From a virus (taxonomy: Duplodnaviria > Heunggongvirae > Uroviricota > Caudoviricetes), in IMG/VR virus record IMGVR_UViG_3300045988_018086, positions 1 through 41,184 of that record: 41,184 bases of DNA; one strand, written 5' to 3'. This document shows positions 33,877-41,184 of this stretch, piece after piece; the stretch's first letter is position 1, and the number at the start of each line of letters is the position of its first letter. A program made the position numbers and the translations under genes. The notes beneath the pieces are model-generated. The model was not told the DNA's origin and made no database searches. It was given only the letters and a program-made list of their open reading frames with translations.

Positions 33877-36831
33877 TTATTTATCTTCTAGTGCTGCCAG
33901 CCTCTTCTCGAACTCGCGCATCTTCTTACGCTGATAGGCAATCTCTATGAAGAACATCTGGTCCGCCCTAACCCCCCATCTGCCGCCGGGAGGGGATACT
34001 TGTACAGTCTGGCCATCTTCATCAATATCATACGCAGCTTCAATTGAGTCGTAGCACAAGAAAGCATATTTACAATCGGTAGAATCTTTCTCCATAAGCC
34101 CATGGTTGACCAAGATGTCTCGCACATCTTGGGCTATCACACCGAAGTGTATCCTTGCAGTGTCACCCTTGATTGCTAGGCTTTCAAGCCACTTAAAAGA
34201 TATTACATGTATATCCTCCCATGCGGTAAGGAGTTGTCCCTCAATTTCCTCTTTGTTCGTCTTAAGTGTACCATCAGACGTGTTTATCGTACCGGTGGTC
34301 GCGTACACCGTAGTCCACCTATTACCTGCCGAACCTAAAGACACTTGCGAGTCTAAGTAAGGAAGAAAATTGTTGTATGAGTAGAAGCCTCCTGACGCAT
34401 ACATAATAGCCCTGTTAGGCGTTGCATGGTTTGCCCCGTACAGTTGCAGCAACGCACCATCGGAACGGGATGCACCATCACCACCGCTAACTATCAGTCT
34501 TTGACCCGATGGGGTTTTAGTGGGGACTGTTTTTGAAATCAGCCCGTAATCACCATCAAACCGTGCGCGCACGGCAGACTGTTGTGTACCATCGTATTCC
34601 AGCCCCGTTACATGCAGGGAGTACACGCTTACATCATTGTCAAACGTTAAAGGTGCTTCTACATGGCGTACACCATCTACCCCCATGGCGACAGGTATTG
34701 TACGGTTAGGAGTTGCTCCGTATTTGAAATCACGTGATACGTACGGGTGGTCTTCAATCTTTATCCGGTAGCTATATAAGTCAGCCGGATGCCCATCATG
34801 TTTGTACCATAACCTCGCACTGTTATCCCCTATGCTCCAGGGAGAGAAGAAGTCTTCCCCACCAAAGATATAGTACAACCAGCCATCTTTAACACAGACC
34901 GAGCCGACGCCGACAGCAGAGTTAACGATATGACCCTGGTATATTTGGTCGGTAATATTAAACCACTGAACATCATCTAAAGATGAAGGCCATGACGACA
35001 CATTAACTTTGCACATAAAGGTCCTCGGATACGAACCTTCATAGCGGCTGTCCTGCTCGCCACCTTCCCACTCACCAAAGGCACGTTCTGTACCAAAGAT
35101 GTAGAGATAGTCACCTACTTTAGCGAACGGAAGATTGGAGTGATGTACATTGTTCGGAAATCGCAAGTAGCTCCAGTTTTGCCCAGAATCGGTGCTCATC
35201 GCCAGTGTAGAGCCAGGGGAAGTAGGTAATGTGTCGCGTGTGGTAAGGTATAACACACCACCATAACTTTTCACGCACGGCTCACAAGCGTTATCAGCGT
35301 ATGCCTGAGCGACAGTGCGACGAACGAATACGCCAGGATTGTCATACACGTTACTAAAATACAAGACACCGAGACGCCTAGGGGGCACATCGCCGTTGTG
35401 ATAGCCGACAGCGATAGTGTAGTTAACATCATCTATAACCGCAAAACTATGTGTCTCCGTGACACACAAATCAGCGTTAGTGGAGTATGCTACCCCAGGC
35501 AATTCGGTAATTTCCCACGGGCTGTCCCAGAATCGCGTTGCGAAGTTCCAGGTAACACCCGCATTGTTTATGGTGGAACTAGCCGGGCTTGAGAGCGTAA
35601 CAGTGAACGTATTTCGGTTAATTATAGACGAAACCTTCATATTACCCGATACGCCAGTTGCCGATGTATTAGAGAAGTTAACCGCATCTCCTGCTTTTAG
35701 GCCATGATTTTCTATGACAATGGTAGCAGTAGTGGAGCCAGAACTAATAGTTATTCCGCCGGTTGGGTGTCTAAAATACGGCATTGGGCGTGACCAAAGT
35801 TCTGCCTTCTTCATCCGCATATTAGATAAGTAGCGGGTTTCTATAACTGCATATAATCGGTTGCCGCACGTACCCATGCTCATGCAGTGGTAGTTAACTC
35901 TGTCCGTAGAAACACTAGCATTATAGTCAGCATGGATTGGAGTCAACCACTCAGGCATTGACCAAGTCTGCCCGTCGTCTCCAGAGCGAACCCAAGCTAC
36001 ATGTAAGTTTTGAACACCATGTCGTTCGCCCGCCATAAACGGGGCGTAAATAACATGGTCGTAGACGAAAGTTTTATCCTGCGTCCATGCGTTGTAGAAC
36101 GGGGTATCCGTCACCTTAGTTAGTGAGCCGTTAAAGAAGCCATCAGCTACATAAGTAAGCGGTTGCCCGGCTACGCGCTCGTAAACGAATGCAGCATTCT
36201 TAAATTTACTAATGTCAGGTAATTGGGAAACTTTATAAGTCAAACCCCTGCCGTCTATAATCCAATTGTTGGGGGAAGCTGCTAATACATTAAAAATAGA
36301 TTGAGTATCATCAGTTACGCCGTCGCCCACGGCGCCCCATGCGCGCGGGTCGTATTCGTCCTTCCATCGCGCCACATGTAAATCTGGGTACAGAATTGCA
36401 CCGTTTACATCAGATATTTGCTGCCGCAGTATGACCGACCCGACAGGCTGCCACGCCCCATCTGCCACGCCACCGGTGGACTGCGGAGAAGATGACGCTG
36501 GGATAATTTTTGGTAGAGCACCCAACCAATAGTACCAATCCCCGTCACCGCCAGAGGACGACGGCCACAAAACTGCGGTGTTTCGGTCGTTAGCGGATAG
36601 TGTACCGCCTGACGTGAAATCAAAATCTGCCAGTTTAAAACCTGCGTCACGCAACACGGCGGGGAGTGTCTTCTGCGTCTGTCCAGTAACCTGATTTGTC
36701 GCGTAATCAATATCGGCACCACCGGCGACACCGCCGGATTTGCCAGTGATAACCTCGGCCTCGAAAATCTGATGTTTCTTGGCGGTTTGTAAATCCGCCA
36801 GGCTTAAAACGTCACCGCATCCGCTTGACAT
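33877..36831 (-). CDS. Tailspike: endosialidase (endo-N-acetylneuraminidase)-like with C-terminal intramolecular chaperone autoproteolysis domain
   Basis: 984 aa; C-terminal TSDGTLKTNKEEI...ISFKWL block typical of the self-cleaving chaperone domain; beta-propeller/beta-helix-like repeats. Confidence 0.7.
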   Translation of the reverse strand: MSSGCGDVLSLADLQTAKKHQIFEAEVITGKSGGVAGGADIDYATNQVTGQTQKTLPAVLRDAGFKLADFDFTSGGTLSANDRNTAVLWPSSSGGDGDWYYWLGALPKIIPASSSPQSTGGVADGAWQPVGSVILRQQISDVNGAILYPDLHVARWKDEYDPRAWGAVGDGVTDDTQSIFNVLAASPNNWIIDGRGLTYKVSQLPDISKFKNAAFVYERVAGQPLTYVADGFFNGSLTKVTDTPFYNAWTQDKTFVYDHVIYAPFMAGERHGVQNLHVAWVRSGDDGQTWSMPEWLTPIHADYNASVSTDRVNYHCMSMGTCGNRLYAVIETRYLSNMRMKKAELWSRPMPYFRHPTGGITISSGSTTATIVIENHGLKAGDAVNFSNTSATGVSGNMKVSSIINRNTFTVTLSSPASSTINNAGVTWNFATRFWDSPWEITELPGVAYSTNADLCVTETHSFAVIDDVNYTIAVGYHNGDVPPRRLGVLYFSNVYDNPGVFVRRTVAQAYADNACEPCVKSYGGVLYLTTRDTLPTSPGSTLAMSTDSGQNWSYLRFPNNVHHSNLPFAKVGDYLYIFGTERAFGEWEGGEQDSRYEGSYPRTFMCKVNVSSWPSSLDDVQWFNITDQIYQGHIVNSAVGVGSVCVKDGWLYYIFGGEDFFSPWSIGDNSARLWYKHDGHPADLYSYRIKIEDHPYVSRDFKYGATPNRTIPVAMGVDGVRHVEAPLTFDNDVSVYSLHVTGLEYDGTQQSAVRARFDGDYGLISKTVPTKTPSGQRLIVSGGDGASRSDGALLQLYGANHATPNRAIMYASGGFYSYNNFLPYLDSQVSLGSAGNRWTTVYATTGTINTSDGTLKTNKEEIEGQLLTAWEDIHVISFKWLESLAIKGDTARIHFGVIAQDVRDILVNHGLMEKDSTDCKYAFLCYDSIEAAYDIDEDGQTVQVSPPGGRWGVRADQMFFIEIAYQRKKMREFEKRLAALEDK

Positions 36832-36843
36832 ATAGAGTCCTCT

Positions 36844-38238
36844 TTAATTAAAACCATTGCTGAATCCGTCGGAGAAACCGCTGCCGTATGGCGCGACGCC
36901 GTCGTATTTGTAGAATCCGTCGTCATAGTTGTAGCCAGTAATCTTGACCGTGCGGTCGTCGCCAGGGTCGATTGAAGAAACAACTATCTTCTGAGCATTA
37001 TGCCTTGCTTCGTTGCCGAATGAAAACTCAGTTTTTAGTGCGCTATTCCCTGTGTAGATTGCTTCCTCTGGGGCAGAAAGCATAATCACTTCGCGGTCGT
37101 GGCTTCCTTTGATAACAGAGATACTCTGCACAGAGCCGTCGCGCTTCTTAAGAATGATGGAGTGGTCATCGCCAGGGGTAAACGTAACAGGCTGCGACAG
37201 CGTCAGCGTAAGCCCATTAACGGCAACAACATAACCATCCTGCGGAGCAATACGTGAACCTTTAACCACGCTGATTACGCCGCCGGGTGTAGCGAGCGAA
37301 CCTTCTTCAGTAGCTTCGAACTCTACGACAACTTTACTTAACGCATTGCGCTGATATCGACGCCACGCAAGCCAGTACGCCTGCTGGTAGTTGCGCACGC
37401 CCTTCGATTCGTATTCCTCCGTATTTGCACCGAGTTCTTCCGGGATATAAATCGTTTCCTGTACGTTAGTATCCGGGTCGATGTATGAGAACGACAGGCT
37501 ATCGTAGGTCGTAGAATCGTTGAATGTGCGCGTCCATTTCTCTGTACCAGTAGTTTTGCTGCGGTGGGTGAACACCATCTCGGGCCCAGCAACCGGACGG
37601 TCGAAACGCAGCATAATGTCCGCGCCTTTACGGTACGCAGTACAGAACACGGCTTCCGCTATAGTCTGAACGATGTCCTGCATCGTGGTGTCGTAGTCGT
37701 CGAACGTGTAGCAGAACTGCCCCGCTAATTCACTTCCGAAATAGGACTCAATCTCTTCTTGCACAGCAAGTAACTTGTCCATGTTTGCCGTTGTCAGTTC
37801 CAGATTGCCCACCGCAGGGTCGCGAGCAAGTCTGATTAGCGACTGCACCGCCTGTGTATTAGGAGTCATTACCGTATCGAATACACCATTACCGAGGTAT
37901 TTGTAGCACATCTCGGTTGCAATCATGCGCAGTTCAGGGTTGTTGATACTGGCGGCACGCGGCGTCTGTTTACGGGCGCAATGCACCGTTGTCCTGTTGC
38001 CGTAATGTGAGGTAGTGTCCAGTGACTGCCCATACAGGTTGATAAAGGTTATCTCGTCGCTTACCGTTCCGTCGTAGTCTTTATCAAAATTCGTTATACG
38101 GCGCATGCGGGCGCGGAAACGCGATGCAGTAGGTAGTCGCCCGTAGATAGACGTGCCGACGTAGTCGGTATTGTTGCCTGTAATTGTAGCTCGTACCGTG
38201 TAAATATCGCTCAATGGGTTGCGCTGAGAGTCAATCAT
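36844..38238 (-). CDS. Tail tip / host specificity protein (lambda J-like central domain)
   Basis: Region resembles the J-protein conserved core; position in tail tip cluster. Confidence 0.5.
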   Translation of the reverse strand: MIDSQRNPLSDIYTVRATITGNNTDYVGTSIYGRLPTASRFRARMRRITNFDKDYDGTVSDEITFINLYGQSLDTTSHYGNRTTVHCARKQTPRAASINNPELRMIATEMCYKYLGNGVFDTVMTPNTQAVQSLIRLARDPAVGNLELTTANMDKLLAVQEEIESYFGSELAGQFCYTFDDYDTTMQDIVQTIAEAVFCTAYRKGADIMLRFDRPVAGPEMVFTHRSKTTGTEKWTRTFNDSTTYDSLSFSYIDPDTNVQETIYIPEELGANTEEYESKGVRNYQQAYWLAWRRYQRNALSKVVVEFEATEEGSLATPGGVISVVKGSRIAPQDGYVVAVNGLTLTLSQPVTFTPGDDHSIILKKRDGSVQSISVIKGSHDREVIMLSAPEEAIYTGNSALKTEFSFGNEARHNAQKIVVSSIDPGDDRTVKITGYNYDDGFYKYDGVAPYGSGFSDGFSNGFN

Positions 38239-39391
38239 CTGGTACTGGAGTTACGCTGGTGCGATTATAGCCGCCGTCGTATTTGTAGAGGCCGTTCTGC
38301 CCTGCAACGTTAGCGAGTACCCTGTCAACTTCTCCGCGCACCATGTAATACCAGTCTGTAAGGGACACATCGTACGTGTTGCTCGGGCCTATAAACGTAT
38401 CTGAACGCTCTGTTAGGGCATACGTCTGCCCGCTATTAAGACGGCCCCAGTTAGAGGCACCGTTTACCGCTAATCTTACTTCGAAGTCGTCAACGTATAA
38501 AACCTCAAACGAGCCGTTCAGGTCAGCGATGTCCTTAACGTCAAAGTTGCGTAGCACCGCAACATCACCAACACTAAGAAACTCAGAAAAAGCAGAGTCT
38601 CCTGACGGGTCATAGATGTAGCCTGTGTTTGTGATACGTTTAGCTGTGCCACCGGCGCTTGGGTTAGCTCCGATGTCGTTTGGCGCTTTCAGTACAATAC
38701 CGTCAACGTCGTCGTTGGAGTATGTCACGTAGAGTTTCTGGTCAATGACGTCGCCGATTTGTAGTTGCGGTGAAGTTGTGTTGTTAGGTGACGTATAAGG
38801 CGCATACACGGCAACAGAGGAACCGGTGATGTCGCTTATCAGGGTATCGCCTTCCGTGACGCCATCAGACTCGATATGCAGATGCCCGCGCCCGGCATCA
38901 TAGTACGAATACTCCAGCAAAGCACCCGTGGAGTTGAACGCCTTATACGTCTGCATCAGGTCGTTAGGGATTGTCTGCACAGTCCCGCAGATGTCATAAG
39001 AGCGCTCATAGGGGCGCGGCTTGTTGGAGCGGTCTGTGAGACTGTTATTAGGCGATGTTGTCTGGTTGTTAGTCGCCGTGTAGTTGGCGTTGGTGGCCGT
39101 GTTCAGACCGAACAACTTGGCAATTGGCTTAAGGATAAAACCGAACACCTTACTAACTGCACCGAGCGCCCCGCTACCGGCACCCTCAATAATGTGGTAC
39201 ACGGCGTCTTCGTCTTTGAGTGCGTCGAAGTCGTCGGTGACATCAGTATCATCGCCAATCTCGCCCAGGTAGACGCGCACCGGCACGCCGTCCGGGATAC
39301 GGTTAACAACAAACTCCATCGGCATCCCGACGTGTTTTGTACGGTCGAAAGCTCCATCAGTGTTTCGCGTGTAGTGCAGGATTATCGCCAA
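38231..39391 (-). CDS. Tail tip protein
   Basis: Synteny; shares C-terminal YKYDG motif with 36844..38238. Confidence 0.4.
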   Translation of the reverse strand: MAIILHYTRNTDGAFDRTKHVGMPMEFVVNRIPDGVPVRVYLGEIGDDTDVTDDFDALKDEDAVYHIIEGAGSGALGAVSKVFGFILKPIAKLFGLNTATNANYTATNNQTTSPNNSLTDRSNKPRPYERSYDICGTVQTIPNDLMQTYKAFNSTGALLEYSYYDAGRGHLHIESDGVTEGDTLISDITGSSVAVYAPYTSPNNTTSPQLQIGDVIDQKLYVTYSNDDVDGIVLKAPNDIGANPSAGGTAKRITNTGYIYDPSGDSAFSEFLSVGDVAVLRNFDVKDIADLNGSFEVLYVDDFEVRLAVNGASNWGRLNSGQTYALTERSDTFIGPSNTYDVSLTDWYYMVRGEVDRVLANVAGQNGLYKYDGGYNRTSVTPVPDD

Positions 39392-39747
39392 AATTCAATC
39401 TCCGTGTACGTGTCTCTGAGGTCCGCCAGCCTGTCAAGCCGTACCTGACGTGAGGCAAGCTCGCAATGGCTGACCATCCCGTCGAAGTAAACTCCTGCGT
39501 GCCACACGATACGACCCCCACGGCGATACCCCATAAGCACCGCACAGAAGTTTTCAGGCTTATCAATTTTCGTAAGCCCTTTTGTGTTGCGGTGGCCTTC
39601 GTCAAACGCTTCGTTAATTGCCGTCGGGCTTGTAACGTCGAACGCCGGAGTATCTAGCCCGGCATCCGCGCGGACAATGCGCACGTGATGCCAGCAATTG
39701 CGCTTGCGAAAGTCGTAAGGTATGCCCGTGTAGTCGTTAATATTCAT
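39382..39747 (-). CDS. Tail assembly protein with NlpC/P60-like Cys-His peptidase motif (lambda K-like)
   Basis: NCWHHV ... HAGVYFDG arrangement. Confidence 0.45.
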   Translation of the reverse strand: MNINDYTGIPYDFRKRNCWHHVRIVRADAGLDTPAFDVTSPTAINEAFDEGHRNTKGLTKIDKPENFCAVLMGYRRGGRIVWHAGVYFDGMVSHCELASRQVRLDRLADLRDTYTEIEFWR

Positions 39748-40259
39748 GTGGTCAACAGGCCGCGTAATAACGGTATCTCTTTAGGTGTCATCAGTATACC
39801 AGTGCTTCGTTGGTTCAGCATAGGCGTACCAACATCCGCAGAAAACTCGCCTTTCTCCTGGTTGATGGCCTGTAACTCGTACACGACGGGGCCGTCAGCC
39901 GGGTGAGACAGGTCGGTGCTGACGTAACGGCGGAATACGAACTTCGGCAACTCAGTATTGCTCATCGGGATTTTATCCATCTCATCGTCCAGTTGATTGA
40001 GGATATCCGGTAGCGTAAACGTTGTCGTCTGGTCCATATCACTATTGTTAGCGGCCCCCGACGCCTCCATCGGGGTTGGCTCAAACGTGATAGTTTCGCC
40101 TGTCTCCAGTGTTGCCGTAAGTTCCTGTAGCCCGCGCACAAGATAGTACGTCTTTGATAGCAACGGGTGGCTGATTTGCAACGTGATGTAGTCCATCTCG
40201 CCGTCCGGGTTAGACGCCAGCTTACGGCGATAGGCTGCTTCTACTGATTCCTGGCTCAT
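39744..40259 (-). CDS. Minor tail protein (lambda L-like), start at ATG 40259
   Basis: Synteny; ATGA overlap with upstream gene. Confidence 0.4.
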   Translation of the reverse strand: MSQESVEAAYRRKLASNPDGEMDYITLQISHPLLSKTYYLVRGLQELTATLETGETITFEPTPMEASGAANNSDMDQTTTFTLPDILNQLDDEMDKIPMSNTELPKFVFRRYVSTDLSHPADGPVVYELQAINQEKGEFSADVGTPMLNQRSTGILMTPKEIPLLRGLLTT

Positions 40260-40756
40260 TGCATCGGGTCCCAAATTCGTGGAAACGTTGATTGTGCAGT
40301 TCCGTAGGCTTTAAGGAAACACCCCAGCCCGTCACCATAGCAACCGTACAAATCGGGCAGATTGTTAATCAGGCACTGGTTCTCAAGATCCTGGAACGGC
40401 GATTTCTCAGCGGTTGCCGTGAAAGTAATTGTCCAGTTAATCCCGTCTTCGGTGGACTCAGCGATGGTTGACGTGATTGTTACCTGGTAATCCTCGATAC
40501 CCATGCCGAAGTCATGTGCCATCCAGAAACTTGACGCACCGCCATCGACTTTCTCAAGGAACGACAGAAACGCCTGCCGCCCTAGCGCCGATGTAATCAG
40601 GGTTACGCTTATCGGGAACACGTCGTAATACGTGTCGCGCCCCTGACGTACACCTCCGCCAGCTAAATCGACGCTCCAGACGTTGTTACGTCTGGTCATT
40701 GAGTAGCCTTTTGACACCACCGGCTTAAGGCTACGTGGGAAATATAAGTCGCTCAT
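40256..40756 (-). CDS. Distal tail protein / minor tail protein (first gene after tape measure)
   Basis: Synteny immediately downstream of tape measure. Confidence 0.4.
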   Translation of the reverse strand: MSDLYFPRSLKPVVSKGYSMTRRNNVWSVDLAGGGVRQGRDTYYDVFPISVTLITSALGRQAFLSFLEKVDGGASSFWMAHDFGMGIEDYQVTITSTIAESTEDGINWTITFTATAEKSPFQDLENQCLINNLPDLYGCYGDGLGCFLKAYGTAQSTFPRIWDPMQ

Positions 40757-40801
40757 TATTTGAACCTCGATAGATTGGATGTTAACCTAACACCCATATT
40801 A

Positions 40802-41184
40802 TCACTTAAAGCCTGGTGCGTTTCTTGTAGCCTTCCTAGCTTTCGATATTTTGCTGTTACTATTCTGCAGCGAAGCAGCAACTTGCTCCTCTATGATGAT
40901 ACGCAAACGGCCTTCTTCGTCCTGTTCAACGCTGGTGTTGCCAATTTGTGCGCTGGTGTTATTTATAATGCTGATATTGGCCGGCCCGGTACCGCCGCCG
41001 TTTTGCCCCATAATTTCTTTCATCTGCTGTGCAGTGCGAACACGCGATGCGCCCGCGGGCATGATAACTTCTGGTTTACCACGTTCGGCGATAGTAGAAG
41101 CCTGCCCCGCAGATAACTGACCGCCTTGTTCACGGGCGGACCTGATAGCGGAAATCTGCGCCATACCCGCCCCAACGGCAGGAG
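40802..41184 (-). CDS. Tail tape measure protein, C-terminal part; ORF open at the window end and in frame with the ORF at the window start
   Basis: Minus ORF open to position 41184; the last 16 nt of the window repeat the first 16 nt and the reading frames agree (..AVGAG.. in both). Confidence 0.55.
   Translation of the reverse strand, partial: PAVGAGMAQISAIRSAREQGGQLSAGQASTIAERGKPEVIMPAGASRVRTAQQMKEIMGQNGGGTGPANISIINNTSAQIGNTSVEQDEEGRLRIIIEEQVAASLQNSNSKISKARKATRNAPGFK

Overview
The window looks like a complete, densely coded genome of a virulent siphovirus of the Jersey/K1G type (Guernseyvirinae-like), cut inside the tape measure gene so that this ORF runs across the window junction. About 10 kb of plus-strand genes (23.2-33.8 kb) form the replication module: AEP primase fused to a RecA-like helicase, a Cro/CI-type HTH regulator on the opposite strand, a PD-(D/E)XK exonuclease, an SSB-like protein, a family A DNA polymerase, a VRR-NUC nuclease and an SNF2-like helicase. 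Nearly all the rest is minus-strand: early small genes, holin/holin/endolysin, terminase small and large subunits, portal, MuF-like head protein, spanins, scaffold, major capsid, connector and neck proteins, major tail, G/GT chaperones, tape measure, tail tip proteins and an endosialidase-type tailspike. Two plus-strand accessory units sit inside this late region, each with its own promoter and terminator. The strongest lead is one of them, 13213..13734, a 173-aa protein that reads as a truncated DnaN beta-clamp keeping the ligand-binding cleft but lacking domain I. Other leads are a ~24-bp promoter/operator element (AATAG-N4-CTATT) in seven promoter regions, a ~145-bp promoter-plus-leader element present twice, an SbcD/Pnkp-phosphatase/dNMP-kinase cassette, and spanins placed ~8 kb from the holin-endolysin genes. 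No tRNA, CRISPR array, integrase or transposase was seen. Coordinates of ORFs follow the supplied track; coordinates of short motifs were counted by eye and may be off by 1-2 nt. All homology calls are from motif recognition by eye, not database searches.
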